Shown here piece after piece: positions 14,956-26,619 of a stretch of 64,000 nucleotides of DNA; within the stretch, counting starts at the first letter, position 1; each line of letters opens with the position of its first letter. Origin of the DNA: Macrostomum lignano (taxonomy: Eukaryota); the NCBI GenBank assembly GCA_002269645.1, contig NIVC01000029.1, forward strand, positions 868,001 through 932,000, written 5' to 3'. Position numbers and translations under genes: made by a program. The notes beneath the pieces were generated by a model. The model made no database searches, was not told the DNA's origin, and saw only the letters and a list, made by a program, of their open reading frames with translations.

Positions 14956-16254
14956 ATGGCCAAAGGAGTTAGCTTCAGCTCTGACACTCGCTTCAGATCG
15001 AAGCTAGCCCAGAACCCGAACGAGGAGAGCGAAGGCAGCGAGTCTGACGACGAGAGCGAGCCAGACGATTCAGAAGAGGAGGCGGCGGCAGCGGCGGCCG
15101 CTGCAGCAGCAGCCGAGAAGCTTCATTCAAAAAAGCAGCAGAAAAAGAAATCGAAGCATAAACCGGACGATCCAGCAAAGAAACACCTTCGATCCTCGTC
15201 GCAGCGACATCAGCAGCACAAAGTGCAGCGAAGTTTCTCTCTGGTACCAGAAAGACTTGGCCGCGGCGGCCTTGGCGGTTCGATGCAAACCCAGCGGCAC
15301 ATGCAAATCTGCGAGGCGGTCATGAAGGTCCTGATCCTCGCTTTGATTGCCGTCACCTTTCCATTCTCGTTTATCTTCTGTCTGAGAGTGATTGCGCAAT
15401 ACGAACGGGCTGTCATTCTTCGTTTCGGTCGGATTTTGAGCACGGAAGCGACCGGGCCGGGCCTCATCTTCACCATGCCCTGCATGGACAGCGTGAAACG
15501 AGTCGACCTCAGAACGATGACGTTCGACGTGCCTACACAGGAGGTTCTGACCAAAGACTCGGTGACTGTGGCCGTAGACGCCGTGGTCTACTATCGGATA
15601 TTCGACCCAGTCATGTCCGTGGTCAACGTCGAAGATTCCAATCGCTCAACGAAGCTGTTAGCGCAGACGACGCTGCGCAACGTTCTCGGCACGGTGAGTC
15701 TGTACGAACTGCTGGCCGGCCGAGACGAATCCGCCATGGTCATGCAGGAGACTCTCGACGCCGCTACAGACACTTGGGGCGTTAAAGTTGAACGCGTCGA
15801 GATCAAGGACGTCAGACTGCCAATGCAGCTTCAACGAGCGATGGCAGCCGAGGCGGAAGCTGCGCGAGAGGCCCGAGCCAAGGTCATCGCGGCCGAAGGC
15901 GAGCAGAAAGCCAGCAAAGCGTTGAAAGCCGCCGCTATTGAGCTGTCCGAATGCAACGTTGCCCTGCAGCTGCGCTACCTGCAGACTCTGAGCAGCATCT
16001 CGGCTGAGAAGAATTCCACAATCATCTTCCCGCTGCCGATTGAGCTATTGAAGTACTTTCAACAGCAGTCTGCGGACATTGGCGAACCGGATGAATTTGT
16101 CGGGCAGGGCGACGAGCCGAAGCCTGGAGGTCCTGACGACGCGGAAACTGGAGCATCAGCCGACAACCAGAAGCTGCCGCCCCCTCCGTCCTATCCGACA
16201 ATGAGTCGAGGCCCAGATAGCGGCTCCAAGACCAGCTTCGGGTCCGGCTGTTGA
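14956..16254 (+). CDS. Stomatin/MEC-2/podocin-family SPFH (band 7) membrane protein, 432 aa, single exon
   Basis: Hydrophobic hairpin with conserved Pro (VLILALIAVTFPFSFIFC). YERAVILRFGRIL, PCMD..KRVDLRT, FDVPTQEVLTKDSVTVAVDAVVYYRI, LLAQTTLRNVLG, WGVKVERVEIKDV, AMAAEAEAAREARAKVIAAEGE, LQLRYLQTL and EKNSTIIFPLP are all hallmark stomatin motifs. Confidence 0.97.
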   Translation: MAKGVSFSSDTRFRSKLAQNPNEESEGSESDDESEPDDSEEEAAAAAAAAAAAEKLHSKKQQKKKSKHKPDDPAKKHLRSSSQRHQQHKVQRSFSLVPERLGRGGLGGSMQTQRHMQICEAVMKVLILALIAVTFPFSFIFCLRVIAQYERAVILRFGRILSTEATGPGLIFTMPCMDSVKRVDLRTMTFDVPTQEVLTKDSVTVAVDAVVYYRIFDPVMSVVNVEDSNRSTKLLAQTTLRNVLGTVSLYELLAGRDESAMVMQETLDAATDTWGVKVERVEIKDVRLPMQLQRAMAAEAEAAREARAKVIAAEGEQKASKALKAAAIELSECNVALQLRYLQTLSSISAEKNSTIIFPLPIELLKYFQQQSADIGEPDEFVGQGDEPKPGGPDDAETGASADNQKLPPPPSYPTMSRGPDSGSKTSFGSGC

Positions 16255-16605
16255 AGGTCGTTGCGATCAACTGTCGAACAAACTTTGACAACGTTTGTAG
16301 CAGAGACACTGGGAGCGTTCTTCATCTCTGAGTCTCTCTTCATGTGCGATTATTTTCCCAGAAGCATCGAACCGCATCAACGTGTATTTTTGTATTGTTC
16401 TATCGCATCTATTATCTGGGTTAATGTAGCTTTTTACAGCATAGTTAGGCCACAGTTCTGTGGTTAGGCCGGCACCATAGATGGAGAATTGAATTTGTCT
16501 ATGGTTAAAATGTCCTTGGTCGCAATGACAGACTTTGCGAGCGCGTCTGCTTGGATTAAATTCATTGTAACTGTATCTTTATGAACGTGTTTTATTCTCT
16601 TTTAA

Positions 16606-16611
16606 AATAAA
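16606..16611 (+). promoter_or_regulatory. Candidate polyadenylation signal (AATAAA) of the stomatin-like gene
   Basis: AATAAA ~350 nt after the stop, followed by a T/GT-rich tract. Confidence 0.45.
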
Positions 16612-17141
16612 TTTACGTCTATTTGGTTTATTATTTGATGTGTCCAGTTGAATTCTTGTCAGTCTGTACTTTCTGAGCTCTGCTCTGCGTGAGATTGGCC
16701 TGAATAATTCGGCATTGAAATAACTTTATTTCCATTGTCTAATGTTTATCGACTCATCTAATTTCACCACGCGATAAAAAAATTAATTTCCAGCGTCTAT
16801 ACTCCTGCATAACTATTCGATTCGTCTGTAAAAAAACCTGTATTATTAAACCATTCGCGTTATTTTTAACAAAATACTTATATCAATATACCAGTAAGTT
16901 ATACCTACTATACATTTACAACAGATAGCATTGTTGTTAATTATGTATCCAAACTAGACACGCAATATAAAATAAGCGCAGGATGAAAAATACACGCATG
17001 ATTTATTAACGAATCTTCTTGGTGTTTGACTGCACTAGCATCACTTTTCATGGACAACTGGAGTAGAGGGGCGCTGTGCTCCATTTTCTTGGAAAAAAAG
17101 TTGAGGCCAGTAAGGTTATGTATTTTTCTATTATCTACGTA

Positions 17142-17238
17142 AATTTTCTTAGAAATGAATTTTCTTAGAAATGAATTTTCTTAGAAATGAATTTTCTTAG
17201 AAATGAATTTTCTTAGAAATGAATTTTCTTAGAAATGA
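17142..17238. repeat. 16-bp tandem repeat (aattttcttagaaatg) x~5-6
   Basis: Direct reading. Confidence 0.9.
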
Positions 17239-17744
17239 AGGCCTTCAGCTTTTTTCTAATAAAATCAAGTCCAGCATCATTCTACTTCAATTGTTCATCC
17301 ATCTCTCTGAAATAGAGTTCCGGTAAGCATGGGTTGATTGACTGCGCATTCTAAAAATAGATCTTTCCATCCCGAAGGCGGATCCTGCTGCCTCTTTTGT
17401 CTTCGCAGTGTCGCCGTTCCTAACCATTGTACCTCATGCAGTTCTTCCCCTTTCGCCATCATCTATTTCCAACTCCCTAATGCTCTACACAATCTACCCC
17501 TGGCAAAGTGAAGTCAGAGAAGAATAAAAGAGGAAAGTTGTTCAGTAGAGAGAGGGAGCGGGAAGAAGCTTTTCCGTCCTCATTTTATTGATTGCTTCGA
17601 TTGCAGTCACCTGACGCGCTGTTCTGAAAGGCTCTGAGTTGGGTGGAGTAAAACCCATAGTGCTTCTTTACATTTAGTTTCTTTTGTTTTGGGTTCATGA
17701 CTTGAACCTGTTTTTTAGCTGGTTCCGTATCAAAATACGTACAT

Positions 17745-18270
17745 AGAGTGTCAGAGGCATCTTTTTGGGTGTCAGGGCATCCCTTTGGGTGTCAGGGCAT
17801 CTCTTTAGGTGTCAGGGCATCTCTTTGGGTGTCAGGGCATCCCTTTGGGTGTCAGGGCATCTCTTTAGGTGTCAGGGCATCCCTTTGGGTGTCAGGGCAT
17901 CCCTTTGGGTGTCAGAAGCATCGCTTTGAATGTCAGAAGAGTCGCTTTGAATGTCAGAAGCATCGCTTTGATTGTCAGAAGAGTCGCTTTGAATGTCAGA
18001 AGAGTCGTTTTGAATGTCAGAAGAGTCGCTTTGAATGTCAGAAGAGTCGCTTTGAATGTCAGAAGAGTCGTTTTGAATGTCAGAAGAGTCGCTTTGAATG
18101 TCAGAAGAGTCGCTTTGAATGTCAGAAGAGTCGTTTTGAATGTCAGAAGAGTCGCTTTGAATGTCAGAAGAGTCGTTTTGAATGTCAGAAGAGTCGCTTT
18201 GAATGTCAGAAGAGTCGCTTTGAATGTCAGAAGAGTCGTTTTGAATGTCAGAAGAGTCGCTTTGAATGTC
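17745..18270. repeat. Compound minisatellite: 20-bp (gtcagggcatccctttgggt) grading into 21-bp (gtcagaagagtcgctttgaat)
   Basis: Direct reading. Unit switch near 17910. Confidence 0.92.
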
Positions 18271-18898
18271 AATGAGTGAGTTTAAGGAGGGAGTCAGGAG
18301 CCGTATACACTTAAGACTGCTACCTAAATGAAGCCCTCCCTCTCAGAATCCCATAAAAATCTATCCTGGTCTGCATTGTCTATTGCAACTGGCAAAACAT
18401 CTAAAAAATATGACAGCATTTATGAATAAATATCTGTGTTTATTACCCCAAAACTGAACAGCTTAATGTAATGGTTGCAGCCTTAGTCTGCATACAATGC
18501 TTGTATCAAATGCAGATTCAATAGCATCAACCAGGATCAATTGCATGCCTCATAAACTGAACAGCGCAACCTGGGGATATGGGCAGCTTTAATAATTAAT
18601 GACTGCCCAACCGACCCCATGCATGTGGAGCGTCCGCTGCCTCCAACCAGCCAGACCAGTTGACTAAGTTTAATTTCAACTCACTCCTGTTCCAAAGATT
18701 GCTTCGGTGCAGAAGGCTTGCTTGGTAAGGTTTCTCTGATTCCACTGCGTTGCTTATTACTCGTAAATTCGATTTAAGAAAAAAGCAATTCAAGTCTAGT
18801 TTTGTTTCTGTCCACGTTAAACTTCAGTAAAACCAGTGCACTTTACTGATCTTGGGCTAAATTTAGGCAAAAATACAGATTTCTCTGCTCACTCGTTA

Positions 18899-19565
<667 letters not shown>

Positions 19566-20000
19566 GATTGAGCATGAGATTCATTCCTTCGTTCAGATCG
19601 AAGCATAGAAATTTCAGCTATGCAGTTTCCACACCGGAAAGTGTAAAAGAAGTTGAAAGTGCAGACACGCTGAGGTTCCAGCTTAGCGACCATCAATCAC
19701 AGCAAGTCCACTCCTCCGCTATCGAAAATAACATAATTGAATCGCGTGTGCGTCAGGATTGAACCGTTAGCTAAGAAATTTTACCGCATTTGCTACGGGT
19801 GTGCTTCAAGGGGATTTAGAAAGATGTGTCTGCTCCATCATTCTCCCAAGCTCCTAAAGAATTGTTGCTAGGCCGCTAGAAAATCCCTTTAAAGTCCCTC
19901 AAATATTATTCAGGGAAGGGTATTGCGGATTGAGAACAGATGTCCCCCAGACAGCTTTGCTGCATTCCTACTGAAATTCGAGACATCTTTTCGGACTTTG

Positions 20001-20204
20001 TGTGATGCTCTGCTGGCAACTCTAGTGCTTGATGAATAACGAAGCTCGTATCTTGCTTTGCTTGTTTATTTGGCTTTAGGACCACATTAATGCTAGCGGG
20101 GCTTGTAACAAGATTATGAAACTAGGACACTTATATATTAGGAAGGGATGAGGGAGGTGGCATTTGGGCGCAGCGGCCATAGACTATTGCACGAGCGTAT
20201 GTCA
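20001..20204 (-). repeat. 3' LTR interrupted by a 59-bp foreign insert (20144-20202)
   Basis: 20001-20143 matches the other LTR exactly. The missing terminal CA reappears at 20203-20204, next to the PPT. Confidence 0.88.
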
Positions 20205-20206
20205 TG

Positions 20207-20215
20207 TCTCCCTCC
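20207..20215 (-). promoter_or_regulatory. Polypurine tract GGAGGGAGA
   Basis: Purine run 2 nt upstream of the TG that begins the 3' LTR. Confidence 0.75.
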
Positions 20216-20351
20216 AGAAGGAAAGAGTTGAACTATGTCTCCGAACAATGTAAACTTTATGTTAGGAACTCAACAGATAACTAATTCAAATTCAGCGTGT
20301 CAGGTTTCATTTTGGTTACTCGTAATGTGTAGCTAATGCGTTTTTTAGCAG

Positions 20352-21974
20352 TCATGAGGAGTAGCGGTCTGGTTGGCGACGCATCCGGGTGCTACGGCGA
20401 ATTCCACCTGCTTCTTGTTCTTGCGCGCCTTGGTTCGAATTGTCGCTGGGGTTCCCTGCCTCCGTGTCTGCGGGATCTCCTGCCATTGATTCTTCATCGT
20501 CGTGTGGCAGTGGAGCAAGTTGGTTGTCGCTTGCCAAACGCAGTTCGCTCCCGTCCAACACGAAGGCCGTGTTGCGTCCTCGGTTCATCACGTATTCGAC
20601 AGTGGAGGGTGGAACGTCCGAAGTTGGCTGATACAGAACGCGCTCGCCTTGGTTGAACGTGGAGACTACAGGAGCGCGTAGTTGGCGTCCGAAAACAATC
20701 TCAGCTGGCGTCTTGCCCCTACACGTAGATGAGTTTCGGTGATGAAACAGCAATCGCTGTAGATAGGGAACAAATTCAGCGTGGGTGGTTCGTTCGTTCC
20801 AGGCCCGCAGAGCTCGTTTGACTGTCTGGACTGCTCGCTCAGCCGATCCATTGGCCTGGGGATAATAAGTTGGGGATTCCATCTTCTTTATGCCATTTTG
20901 GTGCAGCCAGCTCCTCAGTGAATCGCTGACGAACTCCGGAGCATTGTCCGAAACTAAAAGTTCAGGCACACCAAAGCGTGTGAAAACAGTTCTGAGGCAT
21001 TTAATGATCTGGTCTGTGGATCGATCTTTACAGGGAAAGGCCTCGATCCAACCAGAGTGAGAGTCGACTGCTATCAGGATGTTTCCAACATTCTTTACGT
21101 ACGCCCAGTCAACGTGAAGCTTTTGAAACGGGTATTCAGTCGATGGCCAGGTGTCTCTGGTCTTCCCCAATCTGGGCCGCAGCCTGTTGCATACATCACA
21201 CTGGCTGACAAATCGCTCGATGTCAGCGCGCATTCCAGGCCACCAGCAGGACAAGCTCATGAAGTTGAGTGTCGCCAGAGACCCAGAGTGAGTGTCATGC
21301 GCTGCACGAAAAGCTTCTTTCCGCAGTCTTGGCGGAATGTAGACCTGGCGACCCTTGAACAGTAAGCCGTCCTCGATAGTTAGGCATTGCGATACGGCCT
21401 GGAATGGTTTCTCAGCCTGAGAACAGCCAGCCCAGTTTCCCGAGCGAACTCGGTGCATCACTTTTTTTATGAGCTCATCCAACTCTAGCTCTGCGGCAAC
21501 CCGGTTCCTGGAAATGACAGACGGCTCGAAGGCAACGCAATCAATGGCTTCGCAGACTTCCGCCGAATCGTTAGATGAGTCAGTGAAGCGTAGGCGAGAA
21601 AGCGCATCGGCATGTGGAATCTTCTCTCCTGGTATATAGCGTATGGTGTAGTCAAGGTGCATCATCGCGAGTGCCCATCTGCTAATGCGAGCGGAGGTGT
21701 TCAGCGGCACCCCGCGAGACTGGCCGAAGAGCTGTTCGAGAGGCTTATGATCCGTCTGTATTGTAAAGTGGCGGCCCAGTAAATAGTGCTTCAGCCGGCT
21801 GACTGCCCAAAAAACGGCAAGGGCTTCTCGCTCTATGTTCGAATAGTTTTGTTCGGCAGTAGAAAGACACCGAGAAATATAGATCACAGGATGGCCATCT
21901 TGCGTGACCACTCCTGCAAGTGCTCCCTTGGAGGCATCTGTGGTAAGAGTGAGTTCCTTTTCTAATGAGTATGG
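20352..21974 (-). CDS. RNase H-integrase portion of the Gypsy polyprotein (same frame, after the TAG)
   Basis: LTTDASKG, EREALAV and TDHKPL (RNase H). AHDTH...CDVC (HHCC), LHVDWA, VSDNAPEF and SAERAVQ (DDE). Confidence 0.92.
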   Translation of the reverse strand, partial: PYSLEKELTLTTDASKGALAGVVTQDGHPVIYISRCLSTAEQNYSNIEREALAVFWAVSRLKHYLLGRHFTIQTDHKPLEQLFGQSRGVPLNTSARISRWALAMMHLDYTIRYIPGEKIPHADALSRLRFTDSSNDSAEVCEAIDCVAFEPSVISRNRVAAELELDELIKKVMHRVRSGNWAGCSQAEKPFQAVSQCLTIEDGLLFKGRQVYIPPRLRKEAFRAAHDTHSGSLATLNFMSLSCWWPGMRADIERFVSQCDVCNRLRPRLGKTRDTWPSTEYPFQKLHVDWAYVKNVGNILIAVDSHSGWIEAFPCKDRSTDQIIKCLRTVFTRFGVPELLVSDNAPEFVSDSLRSWLHQNGIKKMESPTYYPQANGSAERAVQTVKRALRAWNERTTHAEFVPYLQRLLFHHRNSSTCRGKTPAEIVFGRQLRAPVVSTFNQGERVLYQPTSDVPPSTVEYVMNRGRNTAFVLDGSELRLASDNQLAPLPHDDEESMAGDPADTEAGNPSDNSNQGAQEQEAGGIRRSTRMRRQPDRYSS

Positions 21975-24128
21975 CTAGACTATGGGTTGAGAGGCAATCT
22001 CCGTCTTGAGTTGTCTGAAGGCTCGGTCACACTCAGCTGTCCACTGAAAGTTGGCGTCCGCTCTGCGCAGTCGATTTAGCGGCTGGATCTTTCCAGAGAA
22101 ATTGGGTACTAGCCTTCCAAAGAAGTTTATTAGACCAACAAATCGTTCCAGCTCCTTCTTGTCTTTAGGTTGTGCGATGCTGCGGATTTTCTCAACCAAT
22201 CGATCATCGGGTTGGATGCCAGCAGCAGAAATTTTAAATCCCAGAAATGATATTTCATCAGTCGCCTCGATGCATTTGCTTTCGTTGATGGTGACATGCT
22301 TTTCTGCCAGCCTAGTCTTCACAGCACGAAGTCTTTTCTGTAGTGAATCACTGTTTTCGGCGAAAACTAATACGTCGTCTTGGTAGATGAGAACGCCCTT
22401 TAGGTCTGACAGAATACTTTCCATCGCGCGCTGAAAAATAAAAGATGCATTCTTCATCCCCATCTGAAGTCTTTTCACGCGAAATAATCCTTTGGATGTG
22501 TTAATTATTGAGAGATCCTGAGCAGCCTCGTCCAATTCTATCTGCCAATAGGCCGACCTCAGGTCTACTTTGGCGAACTTCTTGGCGTTTTTTAGTTTGG
22601 AAAATAGGTGCTCCACGCTAGGGATGGGATAGTCCTCTGACTTGATCTTTGCGTTGACGTGAACGCTGTAGTCAGCGCACATCCTTAGGGTTCCATCTTT
22701 CTTTTTGACCCAGACGACAGGAGAAGCATTGCTCACCGGGCCGTCAACTGGTTCTATCACGCCCAGCTGCTGCAGCCTGTCCAATTCAGCGTTGATGGAG
22801 GATTCCAGGGCGACAGGCACGGGACGCGCACGGCAAAACCTCGGAGTGGCACCAGCGATGGTCTCCATTTTGGCCTTGATGCCTTTAATCACGGGTAGGG
22901 CATCCACGCTGTTACCGATGCTAGTGGAGCATGTGCTGTGGACTTGCGCTGAGTCCAATAAGTCACGGCCTAACAGACCGAATGTCTTAGAGGCCTGTAC
23001 AACGATCAGTTCAGCAGGGTGAAACTTGCCGCGAAGCTCAATGGCGGTTGATAACTTGCCGAGGACTTTAAGCGTGTGGCCATCGTAGGCTTGAAGACGG
23101 CGATGACACTTCTGGAGGGCCGGGCGGCGGAGTGACTCCCAGAGAGTGCTTGAAATGACGCTCACCGCAGCACCGGTGTCTACTTGCATTGGGATTTGAG
23201 CACCATTGATGCCTATGTTTTCCAGTGTCGAGTCGATAGCGTGAATCGTGTCCGCGTCCCCAAGGTGAAGAAGGGACGTGGTATCTGGTTGCGGCGTGTC
23301 TGCGTTTGAGAGCTCCTCGACGTTGTGGAGCTGGCGTGGTCGGGAGGATCGACATACTGATGCAAAGTGGTTTGGTTTTGAGCATTTGCTGCAGGTTTTT
23401 CCAAACGCTGGACACTTTCCAGCAACATGGACTTGACCGCAGTAGCCACAATGTCCAGTGCGTGGTCCAATCTTGCGCGGAGTGGTAAAGTTGTTCTTTG
23501 TAGCCAAAGAGCCATGGTGAATCTCCGGAACAGTTTCCTTTGGTGGGGAGGTCGTGAACGGCGTGGAGGCTTGTTTGGACACGAACTCTTTCACTTGCTT
23601 GATCTGGGCAACAAAATCTACGATTTCCTCGACCGACAGCTCCTTGATCTGCATAGCTTCTAGAACTTTTTGCTGTGTTGTGGGACAGTGCATGCCAGCG
23701 ACTAACGCCAGTTGAATCATGACCTCTTCTGGGCTTTCTGCCTCTTTCAGCGAGTCGAATTTGCAATGTTGGGCGGCCTTTCTTAGGCGCGAGAGGTAAT
23801 CCGGAAGAGACTCGTCGTGCTGTTGCCGGATGGTGTAGAAGCGAGTTCGCTCGGCAATGGTGATGCGCGTCTTTGGTTGAAGGTAACTTTGAATGGCGGC
23901 CTCGATTGCAGAAAACTCCAATTCGTCGATCTTCTTTGGGGCCACCAGAGATGTTAGCTTTTCAAGTGCTGGCAATCCGCATAGTGCTAGAAAGTTATCC
24001 GCAATTTCTCTGTTGGTGCCTTCATCTTTCCATTTCTTGGCTCGAGCGAGCGCACGGAATGCTGTTAGCCATGTCAGGGCGCGCTCAGGTTCTGAGAGTT
24101 CGATGCGTCCAAGTGCTTGCGACGCCAT
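21975..24128 (-). CDS. Gag-protease-reverse transcriptase portion of the Gypsy polyprotein (717 aa)
   Basis: Twin Zn knuckles CGYCGQVHVAGKC / CSKCSKPNHFASVC, protease VDTGAAVSVI, RT KVDLRSAYWQ, MGMKNAS and YQDD. Ends at an in-frame TAG. Confidence 0.93.
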   Translation of the reverse strand: MASQALGRIELSEPERALTWLTAFRALARAKKWKDEGTNREIADNFLALCGLPALEKLTSLVAPKKIDELEFSAIEAAIQSYLQPKTRITIAERTRFYTIRQQHDESLPDYLSRLRKAAQHCKFDSLKEAESPEEVMIQLALVAGMHCPTTQQKVLEAMQIKELSVEEIVDFVAQIKQVKEFVSKQASTPFTTSPPKETVPEIHHGSLATKNNFTTPRKIGPRTGHCGYCGQVHVAGKCPAFGKTCSKCSKPNHFASVCRSSRPRQLHNVEELSNADTPQPDTTSLLHLGDADTIHAIDSTLENIGINGAQIPMQVDTGAAVSVISSTLWESLRRPALQKCHRRLQAYDGHTLKVLGKLSTAIELRGKFHPAELIVVQASKTFGLLGRDLLDSAQVHSTCSTSIGNSVDALPVIKGIKAKMETIAGATPRFCRARPVPVALESSINAELDRLQQLGVIEPVDGPVSNASPVVWVKKKDGTLRMCADYSVHVNAKIKSEDYPIPSVEHLFSKLKNAKKFAKVDLRSAYWQIELDEAAQDLSIINTSKGLFRVKRLQMGMKNASFIFQRAMESILSDLKGVLIYQDDVLVFAENSDSLQKRLRAVKTRLAEKHVTINESKCIEATDEISFLGFKISAAGIQPDDRLVEKIRSIAQPKDKKELERFVGLINFFGRLVPNFSGKIQPLNRLRRADANFQWTAECDRAFRQLKTEIASQPIV
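24116..24127 (-). promoter_or_regulatory. Primer-binding site TGGCGTCGCAAG (tRNA identity unresolved)
   Basis: Starts with TGG one nt downstream of the 5' LTR end. Confidence 0.75.
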
Positions 24129-24273
24129 TGTGATGCTCTGCTGGCAACTCTAGTGCTTGATGAATAACGAAGCTCGTATCTTGCTTTGCTTGTTTATTTG
24201 GCTTTAGGACCACATTAATGCTAGCGGGGCTTGTAACAAGATTATGAAACTAGGACACTTATATATTAGGACA
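24129..24273 (-). repeat. 5' LTR, 145 bp (TGT...ACA)
   Basis: Identical to 20001-20143 over 143 bp. TG...CA termini. Confidence 0.95.
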
Positions 24274-24544
24274 AGCTGTTGAAACCCGCGGATTTTGAAC
24301 CCGGGGAACTCTATTCCCCGGAATTATTTTTGCATGCATTCTAAAATCGGAGTCAAACTCAAACAAAAACTTGTTAATAGTTGGATAGAGTTAAACATAA
24401 AATATATACATTCGTGTAAAATTAGGACATTTGAAGCAAGCATTGATATTGATATTGGCTGGGATGCTACACAGAGTGTCAGGCAAACTCTGGCCTCTGC
24501 CACTGCCTCTCCCTAATGTCCCTTGCATCCTTTGCAACTTCTAT

Positions 24545-25980
<1,436 letters not shown>

Positions 25981-26619
25981 TGGCCCGTAGCCATGAGCTG
26001 GATTCTTTATCTGGCCTTTGAGATAAAAATCTGCCGATCCTGCTTCGAAAGCCAGTTTGTGGGACGTAGTACTATCATGGTTATTATCATTTCTCATGCT
26101 TTAATCACGTCATCTTTCTGGTCAATTAGCAGCCCTGAGAGAAATTTGTATATCTCCAGCTCCAACACAACAGTCTGCAGCAGTCTAACAACCATGGAAA
26201 TACGCATTTCTTAGGAGGCCATTTAAATTTTAAAGTACCTTATGCGAATCCTAATGTTAAAATTTTCATGGTGTAACTAATTTAGTAGGATTGCATTGTA
26301 ATCAGTTATTCATTAATTTTTCGATATTTTTACAAACCATCCCACATCGCCTTGATTTGCCATCCCTGTTTAACTGCTGCAGACTTGTCTATTCAGAGGA
26401 CAGTGGTTTGAAATTGAATCTCTCACTAAACTCTCTCCTCTCCACGCCTCTCCACTCGCGGGGTACAGAGAAGGCTATTAAAAAGTTATTCCAAAACACT
26501 GTACATTCGCTATGTACATTGAGCCCTATCGCCTGACCCTTCGTCTGGGGAATGAGTTGGATGAGCGGCAAAAAACAGAAAAAGCAGACAAACTTCACAT
26601 GCTTACAGTTTCTGTCCTG

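Larger units (their letters stand above)
20001..24273 (-). mobile_element. Ty3/Gypsy LTR retrotransposon (Mag-like), near intact, 4273 bp
   Basis: Two LTRs (24129-24273; 20001-20204 with a 59-bp insert), PBS, PPT, and gag-PR-RT-RH-IN domain order. Confidence 0.96.

Noticed and set aside
14950-14958. AG immediately before the stomatin ATG as a possible trans-splice acceptor
   Set aside because: No polypyrimidine tract, and a single AG is expected by chance.
24301-24321. 8-bp GC hairpin ccggggaa-ctcta-ttccccgg next to the LTR
   Set aside because: Short and isolated, with no element boundary or function supportable.
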